Source of the DNA: Candidatus Zambryskiibacteriota bacterium
Lineage (GTDB): Bacteria > Patescibacteriota > Minisyncoccia > Phycocordibacterales > WO2-35-19
Assembly: GCA_043799105.1 (NCBI GenBank)
Contig: JAZDOB010000012.1
Span: 1,620-65,619 of the forward strand
DNA length: 64,000 nt
Direction of reading: 5' to 3'
Shown here one piece after another: positions 42,051 through 50,895 of the stretch. Below the pieces are notes generated by a model. It saw nothing but the letters and a program-made list of their open reading frames with translations, was not told the DNA's origin and did not search any database. A program made the position numbers and the translations under genes. Each line of letters starts with the position of its first letter. Within the stretch, counting starts at the first letter, position 1.

Positions 42051-43940
42051 TTACAGCAAGTTATCGGGGTCAACCTTAATTTCGAAATGAGGTGGAAGGG
42101 ATTTTAAGATTGCCCAAAGTCCAACATTAGGCCAGTCGTTTTTTGGAAGTTTAATAACTGCGTTTACAGCGGATTGCTCGCCACGTTTTTCATGAACCGA
42201 ATTAAATATGGTCGGATTGTAATCTTTAAAAATTTTCTTAAGATTTTCGATTTCTCTGACTACAAAATTTCTGGTACCTCTTGTTGTAATCTTTATAAAA
42301 ATACCAAAAGGCGGATAACCCAAAGCCCGACGGTCCTCCAATTCTTTTTTATAAAATTCCGCCAAGTTGCCGGAGACCGCAAATTCTATGGTCGAGTCTT
42401 TGGGATTACGAGTTTGTATCAAAAATCTTTCTTTGGCCATGCTTTTGGTTTGCAAAATGAGACGGAATATCTTTTCTCTGATACGAAAGTCGGGAATGGA
42501 AAAGAGAGAATCAAAAGAAGAAATGGCGGTGGAGGCCACTTTTTTATAAAGATAGGGGAAAGCCATATCAGTGCCCAAAAGCACTGCCCCTCGAGTCTCA
42601 TAAAAATTTTCAGAAACTGCCAGAGCCTTGATACTGGTTGGAATAATATCTTTATGAATTTCAAAGAGATTTATATTTGGAATATTTTTTTTGATTTCCT
42701 CGGCCACGCGATCAATGCCCGAGCCAAAAGCGGCTAATTTCCAACTGCCACAGTTTTGGCAGACTTCGGCAGCGTCCCGCGTCTCTCCGCATTGATGGCA
42801 TTTGAAAGCCCCTCCATCTCTGGTTTTATAGAGAACCATAGGAGATGAGCAATTATTGCATTTAACTTGTTCTCCGCAATCTCGGCAAACTGTTACTGAA
42901 GAAAGACCTTTCCTGGCAGCAAAAATAAACATATTGGAGCCTTTTTCTACTGTGGTTTTTATTAAATCCAACAATTCTGGTGAAAGAGTATTGAACTCTT
43001 TCACTTTTTTTGAGTTTTCTTTCAAATCTACTACAGTCGTTTTAATTTCCGATGGCAATCTCCACTTGACACTTTCAAATTCGGTGATTTCTCCCTGTTT
43101 GTATCTGTGCAAAGTCTCTGTTCTTAAAAAAGCGTCTCCAATTACTATGCGGATATTTTTTTTGCTGGCTAATGTTTCCGCAAAAAATCTTGAATCTATA
43201 AAAGGTCGTGATAAAGTTTTCCAACCCCCTTCGTTTTCTTTGTCTATAATGATGGTGCCAAAATCATTTCTGGGTAGAAACAGCCATCTGGTTGTAGCGA
43301 TAATGAGTACCGGATGCGAAGTCTGACAGACCTTTTTCCATTCTTTATTTAAATCTTTCTTGCTCATTTCGTTGTGGAACGTATAGACAAATGATTCTAT
43401 GCCACGCGAAAGTTTCGTTTTGGCCCGTCTCACATCTTCATTTTGGGGCAGACAAATAAAGACCGATTTTTTTCGGGCAAACTCTTCTCTTACAAGTGAT
43501 TTGTAAATAGCCAGTCTTTCTTCGTCCGGCGCCTGCAAAACAGAGACGCCAAAGGGCACCTTCAAACTGTCTCGGTTCCAGAAGGTGCCTTTTGACATCA
43601 TATTTGGATTTTCTAAAACAAGAGCCGGGATTAGTTGAGACAACACACCGCCGGAAGTCGTAGCAAAATATTCTGCGGTTGTTTTCACTGCTTCTAAAAA
43701 TTCTTTTTGCAAAAAAGGTTTGCTCGTCACCGCAGAGATTTTTTTAAGCTGAAAATTTGCTGATTTTATTTCAGATTTTGCTTCGCTCGCGTCTCTGCTT
43801 TCCAGTACCAACGCTGATATACTTTTGCTTCTTATATTTATTTTGAGCAGAGAACCGGGCTCCAAATATTTAGGGCCGAAATAGGACAGGGACTCCTTAT
43901 TCAACCCCTTCGAAAATGGCAGACAATCAATTATAAACAT
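42051..43940 (-). CDS. priA: primosomal protein N' (PriA) homolog with degenerate helicase motifs
   Basis: N-terminal MFIIDCLPF..; Cys-rich region CRDCGEQVKCNNCSSPMVLY..CHQCG..CQNCGS. Where GVTGSGKT and DEEHD are expected it reads LQAPDEERL and IIDKENEG. Confidence 0.75.
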   Translation of the reverse strand: MFIIDCLPFSKGLNKESLSYFGPKYLEPGSLLKINIRSKSISALVLESRDASEAKSEIKSANFQLKKISAVTSKPFLQKEFLEAVKTTAEYFATTSGGVLSQLIPALVLENPNMMSKGTFWNRDSLKVPFGVSVLQAPDEERLAIYKSLVREEFARKKSVFICLPQNEDVRRAKTKLSRGIESFVYTFHNEMSKKDLNKEWKKVCQTSHPVLIIATTRWLFLPRNDFGTIIIDKENEGGWKTLSRPFIDSRFFAETLASKKNIRIVIGDAFLRTETLHRYKQGEITEFESVKWRLPSEIKTTVVDLKENSKKVKEFNTLSPELLDLIKTTVEKGSNMFIFAARKGLSSVTVCRDCGEQVKCNNCSSPMVLYKTRDGGAFKCHQCGETRDAAEVCQNCGSWKLAAFGSGIDRVAEEIKKNIPNINLFEIHKDIIPTSIKALAVSENFYETRGAVLLGTDMAFPYLYKKVASTAISSFDSLFSIPDFRIREKIFRLILQTKSMAKERFLIQTRNPKDSTIEFAVSGNLAEFYKKELEDRRALGYPPFGIFIKITTRGTRNFVVREIENLKKIFKDYNPTIFNSVHEKRGEQSAVNAVIKLPKNDWPNVGLWAILKSLPPHFEIKVDPDNLL

Positions 43941-44006
43941 ACAAAGATTGTGGCAGAGATTTGAGTAAAGCTCAAGATTGCTGAAAGGGAAAGGAGCTTG
44001 TAGTAT

Positions 44007-45026
44007 TTGGGTATGACATTTTTTTCTAAAAAGCTAGGCATTGATTTGGGCACAGCCAATACCTTGGTTTTCGTGCCGGGCAGAGGGATAGTTTTAAACG
44101 AGCCCTCCGTGGTTGCTATTTCTCTTGAAGACAATAGAATTCTGGCGGTGGGCACCGAAGCCAAAACTATGATAGGGAGGACCCCGGAAGCTATTGTGGC
44201 TTACAGACCGATGAAAGACGGAGTAATTGCAGATTATAAAGTAACGGAAGCCATGCTTTCTTACTATATGAAAAAAGCTTTGGGCGGTTGGAGTTTTATA
44301 AAACCGGAAGTACTAATTAGTGTGCCGGCCGGAGTGACTTCTACCGAAAGACGAGCAGTGATAGAAGCTGCGATTAAAGCTGGAGCCAAAAATGCTTATG
44401 TGATCAAAGAACCAATCTTGGCAGCTATCGGTGCCGGTATCCCTATTTATGAAGCCAAGGGGCATATGATAGCCGATATCGGCGGAGGCACTACCGATGT
44501 GGCAGTCATTTCTTTGGGGGGTATCGTCTCGGCCATTTCGGTCAAATGTGCCGGCAACAAGATTGATGAAAGTATTATTGATTACATAAAAAAAACTTTT
44601 AATTTGGCGATTGGAGATAAAACGGCCGAAGATATAAAAATAAAAATAGGATCAGCCTTGCCCATAGATGAAGAACTTTCTCTGTTCATAAAGGGTCGAG
44701 ATTTAATTTCCGGTTTGCCGAGGTCGGTTGAAATTAAAACCAATGAAATAGTGAAGGCCATTTCCCGGGAATTACGGGAAATAATAAAAGCTATCAAAGA
44801 TGTCTTGCAGGAAACTCCACCCGAGCTTGCCGCGGATATCATAGATTACGGCATTATTATGACTGGCGGGACTTCCGCTTTGCGTAATCTTCCGGAGTTG
44901 ATTTTTAGAAGGATTGGAGTAAAAGCTATTATGGCAGAGGATCCTCTTTATTGTGTCGCCAAAGGCACCGGCATCGCTTTGGAACATCTGGGCGCTTATA
45001 AGAGAACCATAATTGCCAAAAGATAA
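44007..45026 (+). CDS. mreB: rod shape-determining protein MreB (paralog 1)
   Basis: LGIDLGTANTLVFV, VISVPAGVTSTERRA and IADIGGGTTDVAVISLGG. Confidence 0.9.
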   Translation: MGMTFFSKKLGIDLGTANTLVFVPGRGIVLNEPSVVAISLEDNRILAVGTEAKTMIGRTPEAIVAYRPMKDGVIADYKVTEAMLSYYMKKALGGWSFIKPEVLISVPAGVTSTERRAVIEAAIKAGAKNAYVIKEPILAAIGAGIPIYEAKGHMIADIGGGTTDVAVISLGGIVSAISVKCAGNKIDESIIDYIKKTFNLAIGDKTAEDIKIKIGSALPIDEELSLFIKGRDLISGLPRSVEIKTNEIVKAISRELREIIKAIKDVLQETPPELAADIIDYGIIMTGGTSALRNLPELIFRRIGVKAIMAEDPLYCVAKGTGIALEHLGAYKRTIIAKR

Positions 45027-45027
45027 A

Positions 45028-45690
45028 ATGCATACAGAAAAATTGCATCACGCCAATGTCATAGCGGGAGACGACTGCCGAAATTTTGTTTTTGAAATTT
45101 TAGAAAAAAATTTAAATTTTGACGTTAACGCCAACCCGGATTTTTTGCTTTTAGAAAGCCCATTTTTTGGTATTGATGATGTGCGGAATTTTGAAAAATG
45201 GGTTATATGCAAGCCACTTCTTGGTAAAGTAAAAGTTTCCCTCATAATCGTAAAATCGATCACTCACGAAGCACAAAATGCTCTGCTCAAAGTTCTGGAA
45301 GAACCGCCTTTGGGGACTTACATTTTTATAAATCTGGAGAGTCTAGGCGGGGTTTTACCGACTTTTATTTCAAGAGTGAGGATCTTGGAGTTACCAAAGC
45401 CGGTAAAAAGCGTCTTTGAGACGCCCCAATCCCCAAAGACACCCTTTACCAGCGAAGCGGAAAAATTTTTGTTTTCAAAAATAAAAGAAAAATTTGCTCT
45501 TATTCGTTCTCTTGCAAAGAAAGAAGACAAAAATGAGATAAAAGAGCTGATTAAAAATCTGGAAGAAATTGCTTACCAAAATAATTTTGAGCCGAGAAAT
45601 ATGAAAGATATATTGACTGCCAAAATTTTTGCCAGCACTCGCGGCTCATCACCAAAAATGCTTTTAGAGTGGCTTTCGTGTGTGCTATAA
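45028..45690 (+). CDS. holB: DNA polymerase III delta' subunit-like (HolB)
   Basis: NALLKVLEEPP and TFISRVRILEL. The ATG at 45028 follows the mreB stop; the track start is a TTG. Confidence 0.6.
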   Translation: MHTEKLHHANVIAGDDCRNFVFEILEKNLNFDVNANPDFLLLESPFFGIDDVRNFEKWVICKPLLGKVKVSLIIVKSITHEAQNALLKVLEEPPLGTYIFINLESLGGVLPTFISRVRILELPKPVKSVFETPQSPKTPFTSEAEKFLFSKIKEKFALIRSLAKKEDKNEIKELIKNLEEIAYQNNFEPRNMKDILTAKIFASTRGSSPKMLLEWLSCVL

Positions 45691-45720
45691 TGGTTCGACA
45701 AGCTCACCATAAATAAACCC

Positions 45721-46269
45721 ATGTTTGATTTTTTGGAATTAAAAACAAAAAGCAAAGAGATAGAAAACTGGCTTTCAAAAGAGCTTTCGGTCATTCGCAC
45801 AGGCAGAGCCACCCCGACTATTCTTGATTTCGTGCAAGTGGAAGCTTACGGGTCAAGAATGACAATAAAAGAACTCGCCAATATCGTTGTAGAAGACGCA
45901 AAAACCGTGAGAGTGGAGCCGTGGGATGCAAGCGTCGGTAAGAGTATTGAAAAAGCGATAGACTCTTCTAATCTGGGACTTTCGGTGGCTCCGTTTGAAA
46001 AAGGTTTGCGGATTATTTTTCCCGAGCTTACCGCGGAGAGGAGAGAGCAATTTATAAAAGTGGTCAAAGCCAAGCTGGAGGAAGGTAGAGTCTCATTGCG
46101 AAGTTTGCGCGACAAAACGGGAAAAGCGATTGACGAAAAAGAGAAAACAGGAGGGATGGGCGAGGACGAAAAGTTTAGATTTAAAGAAGAGATGCAAAAA
46201 ATGATAGACCAGAGTGGCAAAAAACTTGAAGAATTAGCAGAGAGAAAAGAAGCGGAAATAAAGTCCTAA
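45721..46269 (+). CDS. frr: ribosome recycling factor
   Basis: LSVIRTGRATPTILD, PFEKGLRIIFPELTAERR. Confidence 0.9.
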   Translation: MFDFLELKTKSKEIENWLSKELSVIRTGRATPTILDFVQVEAYGSRMTIKELANIVVEDAKTVRVEPWDASVGKSIEKAIDSSNLGLSVAPFEKGLRIIFPELTAERREQFIKVVKAKLEEGRVSLRSLRDKTGKAIDEKEKTGGMGEDEKFRFKEEMQKMIDQSGKKLEELAERKEAEIKS

Positions 46270-46280
46270 ACTTATAGCAG

Positions 46281-47429
46281 ATGACAATTTTAATTTTCTT
46301 AATTGTTTTGGGGATACTTGTTTTTGTTCACGAGCTTGGGCATTTTTTGGCAGCCAAAAAAGCGGGAGTGCAAGTAAATGAATTTGGTTTTGGCTATCCA
46401 CCGAGGGCCTTGGTGCTCGGCAAAAGATGGGGCACTTTGTTTAGTTTAAACTGGATTCCTTTTGGCGGTTTTGTAAAAATTTTTGGTGAGGATTATGAGG
46501 ATCAAGTGGCGGCAACAGATGATTCCTTACACTCCCAAGATGCTTCGCATATCTCGCTTCAGGAACATCTGCTGCCGCCACAAAAATCATTCATCCAAGT
46601 CTCCAAAAAATGGCAGGCGGGGATACTTGTCGCTGGGGTTGCTTTCAATGTTATTTTTGCTTGGCTTCTTTTTTCTTTGGGTTTTATGATCGGTTTGCCA
46701 ACGCCGGTGGAAAATGATTTTGGCGGTGTTGTTGAAAACCCCGCTCTTACGATAACGGGACTTCTGGCGGATTCACCAGCTCAAAAGATCGGTTTAAAGA
46801 CGGGTGATAAAATAAAAAGTATATCTCTAGAAAACGGCAAAGTGTTACAAAAACTGATTCCTGAAGAAGTATCAAATTTCGTAAACAATTCTTCTGGATA
46901 TATTTTGGTGGAAGTGGACAGGGGCGGAAAAATTTTAGATTTTAATATTACGCCAGAAACAGGTTTGGAAAAAGATAGAAAAATAATCGGCATAAATATG
47001 GACATGGTAGGCACACTTTATTTACCAATACACAAAGCCATTTATGAAGGTGGTCGAACCACTTTTGAAATAACCTATCTGACAGTCGGAGGAATTGCAA
47101 ATTTAATCAAGGATGCGGTCAGGGGCAAAGCGGATATTTCTCAAGTGGCTGGCCCAGTAGGGATCGTCGGTTTGGTGGGAGACGCTTCGCGTCTTGGCTT
47201 CGCTTATCTCCTCACGTTCACTGCTCTTATTTCTATAAACTTGGCCATTATAAATCTTATACCGTTTCCCGCTCTTGATGGCGGTCGCATACTTTTCGTA
47301 GCAATTGAAGGAATTACTAAGAGAAAAATAAATCCAAAAGTGGCTGGTACTTTGAATACAATCGGTTTCGCTCTCCTTATCGCCGTTATGCTCATCGTCA
47401 CCTACCGCGACATTTTGAAGTTGTTCTAG
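46281..47429 (+). CDS. rseP: RIP metalloprotease RseP (site-2 protease, M50)
   Basis: HELGHFLAAK, a PDZ-like middle region, and NLIPFPALDGG. Confidence 0.9.
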   Translation: MTILIFLIVLGILVFVHELGHFLAAKKAGVQVNEFGFGYPPRALVLGKRWGTLFSLNWIPFGGFVKIFGEDYEDQVAATDDSLHSQDASHISLQEHLLPPQKSFIQVSKKWQAGILVAGVAFNVIFAWLLFSLGFMIGLPTPVENDFGGVVENPALTITGLLADSPAQKIGLKTGDKIKSISLENGKVLQKLIPEEVSNFVNNSSGYILVEVDRGGKILDFNITPETGLEKDRKIIGINMDMVGTLYLPIHKAIYEGGRTTFEITYLTVGGIANLIKDAVRGKADISQVAGPVGIVGLVGDASRLGFAYLLTFTALISINLAIINLIPFPALDGGRILFVAIEGITKRKINPKVAGTLNTIGFALLIAVMLIVTYRDILKLF

Positions 47430-47477
47430 CGGAATTTTGCTCAAATTCAAAATTTGGGATATCATAAAAGCATGAGT

Positions 47478-47538
47478 CCCGTTAGAAATTTACGGGATTC
47501 AAGGTGAAGCAATAAGTTTATTATTTATTTCTAACGGG
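47478..47538 (+). promoter_or_regulatory. Leader inverted repeat cccgttagaaat ... atttctaacggg ending at the proS ATG
   Basis: 12-nt perfect arms at 47478..47489 and 47527..47538. The inner cgggatt..ataagttta is shared with 19743..19845. Confidence 0.6.
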
Positions 47539-48780
47539 ATGAGACAATCGCAGCTTTTTACAAGAACGAGGAAAGAGGCACCAGCTGATGAGACAGCAAA
47601 AAACGCGCAGCTATTGGTGCGTGCCGGATATATTCATAAAGAAATGGCCGGGGTGTATTCATATCTGCCGCTTGGCTTGCGCGTGATAAAAAAGATTGAG
47701 GATATTATCAGGGAAGAAATGGACGCTATCGGAGGCATAGAGATGAAAACATCCGTGCTTCAAAACAAAGAGGTATGGGAAAAATCGAACAGATGGGATA
47801 ACAGTGCCGTGGATACTTGGTTTAAAACAAAATTAAAAAATGGCGGAGAAGTCGGCTTATCATTTACCAACGAAGAGGCCTATTCGAATATTTTAAAACA
47901 GTACATAAATTCTTATAAAGATCTGCCCGTTTTCCCCTATGATTTCAAAGAGATTTTCAGAAACGAAGCGAGGAGCAAATCAGGAGTCATAAGAGGAAGG
48001 GAGTTTTACTGGAAAGCGTTATATTCTTTCACTAAAGATGAAACGGAACACAACGCTTTTTATGAAAAAGCGAAGATTGCGTACCAGAACATTTTCAAAA
48101 GGGCTGGCATTGGCGATTTAACATATCTGACATTTGCCTCGGGAGAGACTTTTTCAAAATTCTCGCACGAATTCCAGACTTTGACGGAAGCCGGAGAAGA
48201 CACGGTCTATGTTGATGAAAAGAGGGGCTTGGCGGTGAACAAAGAGGTCTATAACGACGAGGTTATTGAAAGCTTGGGACTAAAAAAAGAAGATCTTGTA
48301 GAAAAGACAGCTGTTGAAGTCGGCAACATTTTTACTCTCGGGACCAAGTTTTCCGAGCCATTTGATCTGAAATATAAAAATGAGAAGGGAGAAGATAAAC
48401 TGGTTTTCATGGGTTCTTACGGTATCGGTCTGGGACGGCTTATGGGTACAATCATAGAGGTTATGTCTGATGATAAGGGCATCGTCTGGCCCGAAACTGT
48501 GGCGCCATTTAAATTTCATCTTATAGAGATTCCAGGAGATAAATCAGAGGTGAAAGAAATGGCAGATAAAATTTACAAAAAAATAGGCGAGAATGATGTC
48601 TTATATGACGATCGGGATTTAAGAGCGGGAGAAAAATTTGCCGATGCTGACTTACTTGGTATGCCTTATCAAATTGTCGTGAGTGAAAAAAATATAGCCT
48701 CTGGAAGATTAGAATTAAAGAACAGAAAAACGGGCGAAGTAAAGATGATTTCAGAGGACGAACTTCAAAATTTGTGCTAG
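47539..48780 (+). CDS. proS: prolyl-tRNA synthetase, short bacterial form without INS editing domain
   Basis: MRQSQLFTRTRKE..LLVRAGYI, FRNEARSKSGVIRGREF, and a C-terminal anticodon-binding domain. Confidence 0.85.
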   Translation: MRQSQLFTRTRKEAPADETAKNAQLLVRAGYIHKEMAGVYSYLPLGLRVIKKIEDIIREEMDAIGGIEMKTSVLQNKEVWEKSNRWDNSAVDTWFKTKLKNGGEVGLSFTNEEAYSNILKQYINSYKDLPVFPYDFKEIFRNEARSKSGVIRGREFYWKALYSFTKDETEHNAFYEKAKIAYQNIFKRAGIGDLTYLTFASGETFSKFSHEFQTLTEAGEDTVYVDEKRGLAVNKEVYNDEVIESLGLKKEDLVEKTAVEVGNIFTLGTKFSEPFDLKYKNEKGEDKLVFMGSYGIGLGRLMGTIIEVMSDDKGIVWPETVAPFKFHLIEIPGDKSEVKEMADKIYKKIGENDVLYDDRDLRAGEKFADADLLGMPYQIVVSEKNIASGRLELKNRKTGEVKMISEDELQNLC

Positions 48781-48789
48781 ATTATCCAT

Positions 48790-49857
48790 ATGTTCAAAGA
48801 AAAATGGGAGGAATGGATGCGTATTTTGCGCAATGATATAGGCATTGATTTGGGGACAGCCAATATGCTGGTCTATGTTCGTGGCAAAGGGATTGTGCTA
48901 AACGAGCCCTCGGTGGTCGCGGTAAATCAAAAAACGGGGCAAGTTGTAGCCGTCGGAACAGAAGCAAAAAATATGATTGGCCGGACGCCACCACATATTG
49001 TTGCGGTACGGCCCATTGTTGACGGAGTGATTTCTGATTTTGAAGTGACGGAAGAAATGCTTCACTATCTTTTAAATAAAGCTCAAACTGTATCAAAAAA
49101 GATTTTAGGGCCGAGAGTGGTGGTGGGAGTACCTTCCGGCATCACTAATGTGGAAACCAGAGCAGTTCGAGATGCTACCAAAAATGCCGGAGCCAGTGAA
49201 GTACACATAATTGAAGAACCTATGGCAGCTGCAATCGGAATGCATTTACCCATAGAAGAACCGCTTGGCAATATGGTTATTGATATAGGGGGAGGCACAG
49301 CGGATATTGCCGTTATTTCTTTGGGTGGAGTCGTAAGTTCCAAAAATATACGTATAGCCGGGGATAAATTAAACAACGATATCGCTTCCTATATAAGAAG
49401 TGAATTCAAAATAGTGATTGGAGACAAAACTGCCGAAGATATAAAAATATCCATCTGCTCCCTTTTGCCGGAAGAAAATCTCATTGAGACTCAAGCCAGA
49501 GGTCGGGATCTTATCACCGGATTGCCGAGAGAAGTGGCGGTTACCGATTCTGACGTGAGAGATGCCGTATCGCACTCTATTGAAAGATTGGTGGAGGCCA
49601 CTAAAGAAGTATTGGAAATTACCCCGCCGGAAATACTCTCCGACATTATGCATCGTGGTATCCATTTAGCTGGCGGTGGAGCCCTTATGAAAGGATTTGC
49701 CAAGGTTTTGGAGAGAGAAATAAAAATGCCTGTTTACATTGCCGATGACCCCCTGACTTGTGTGGTTCGTGGCACCGGTATCATTTTGGAAAAGCTCGGA
49801 CAATTTAAAGATATATTAATTGCTGACGAAAATGACATTTCAAATAAAACACACTAA
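48790..49857 (+). CDS. mreB: rod shape-determining protein MreB (paralog 2, heads the mreBCD-mrdA operon)
   Basis: IGIDLGTANMLVYV, VVGVPSGITNVETRA and VIDIGGGTADIAVISLGG. An alternative start is at 48817. Confidence 0.9.
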   Translation: MFKEKWEEWMRILRNDIGIDLGTANMLVYVRGKGIVLNEPSVVAVNQKTGQVVAVGTEAKNMIGRTPPHIVAVRPIVDGVISDFEVTEEMLHYLLNKAQTVSKKILGPRVVVGVPSGITNVETRAVRDATKNAGASEVHIIEEPMAAAIGMHLPIEEPLGNMVIDIGGGTADIAVISLGGVVSSKNIRIAGDKLNNDIASYIRSEFKIVIGDKTAEDIKISICSLLPEENLIETQARGRDLITGLPREVAVTDSDVRDAVSHSIERLVEATKEVLEITPPEILSDIMHRGIHLAGGGALMKGFAKVLEREIKMPVYIADDPLTCVVRGTGIILEKLGQFKDILIADENDISNKTH

Positions 49858-50638
49858 ACCAAACTTGTTTGGTAGAAGTTTTTTTAAAATACTTTTGATA
49901 TCTTTGTCGGTTTTGGTATTGGTTTTGGTATTTAATTTTTCCATTTCGGCCCGCTCTTTGGTGTCTGATATATTTTCCATTTTTTTTAGGAGTGGAGATT
50001 ATCTTTATCAAAATATCGGCCAAGTGCCAAAGTTTTTTTCTGACAAGAATAATCTCATAAAAGAAAATAAAAATCTTTCGGATGAAATAGAAAAAAAACG
50101 TCTTAATTTGATTGATTATGAATCGATAAAATATGAAAATCAAAAATTACGGGAGACGCTTGGAATAAAATCAACACAAAACATTATTACGGCCTCTATT
50201 ATTGCCAGATCGCCCCAAATACCCCTGGACTCTCTTTTTTTAGACAAGGGAATCAATGACGGTCTAAATAAAGGGGATTTAGTGTTGGTTGGAGAAAGAA
50301 TTTTGGTTGGTAAAATTGTTGAATCTTTCAAAAACAAATCAACTGTAGCTCTCAATTCTTTTGCCGGTGCGATTTCTTACGGATTTGTAGCGAGGACCAA
50401 CGAGCCTCTGGAGATTAAGGGGGTGGGTGGGGGCAGTCTGGAAGCTAAAGTTCCAATCGATTTTGATATTGTAATCGGGGACAAATTGATGATTTCCGGT
50501 TCATTTACTTACCTGGCGGCTGTTGTTGGTGTGATAGAAGAAGACCGTTCGTCTGGTTTCAAAAATATTTTGATGTCTTTGCCGGTTGATGTCTCGAAGA
50601 CCAGTATGGTTTTTATAGAACCCCAAATCAATGAATAG
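49832..50638 (+). CDS. mreC: rod shape-determining protein MreC
   Basis: TM segment, coiled coil (ENKNLSDEIEKK..ENQKLRE), then beta-rich LVLVGERILVGKIVE. Position is after mreB. Confidence 0.75.
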   Translation: MTFQIKHTKPNLFGRSFFKILLISLSVLVLVLVFNFSISARSLVSDIFSIFFRSGDYLYQNIGQVPKFFSDKNNLIKENKNLSDEIEKKRLNLIDYESIKYENQKLRETLGIKSTQNIITASIIARSPQIPLDSLFLDKGINDGLNKGDLVLVGERILVGKIVESFKNKSTVALNSFAGAISYGFVARTNEPLEIKGVGGGSLEAKVPIDFDIVIGDKLMISGSFTYLAAVVGVIEEDRSSGFKNILMSLPVDVSKTSMVFIEPQINE

Positions 50639-50891
50639 AACCTTATTTTTTTTGGTTACGGTTCTTCTCCCGATCATTTTTGGTTGGTGGCTTTTTATCC
50701 CAATGGCTCTGCTTTTCGTTTATCTCGCCAAATTGCCGTATGAAATTATTTTGGCCGGTTTTATTCTGGACATGGTTTATTATTTTGGAGACGGTTTTTT
50801 CGCGAAACATTTGCTGACTTTATTTTCTCTTCTTCTTATTATTGCGGCTTTCTTTTTGAGCAAAAGGATTCATTGGCGTAAAATTATATAA
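50631..50891 (+). CDS. mreD: MreD-like small membrane protein
   Basis: An 86-aa polytopic protein located between mreC and mrdA. Confidence 0.55.
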   Translation: MNRTLFFLVTVLLPIIFGWWLFIPMALLFVYLAKLPYEIILAGFILDMVYYFGDGFFAKHLLTLFSLLLIIAAFFLSKRIHWRKII

Positions 50892-50895
50892 AAAT

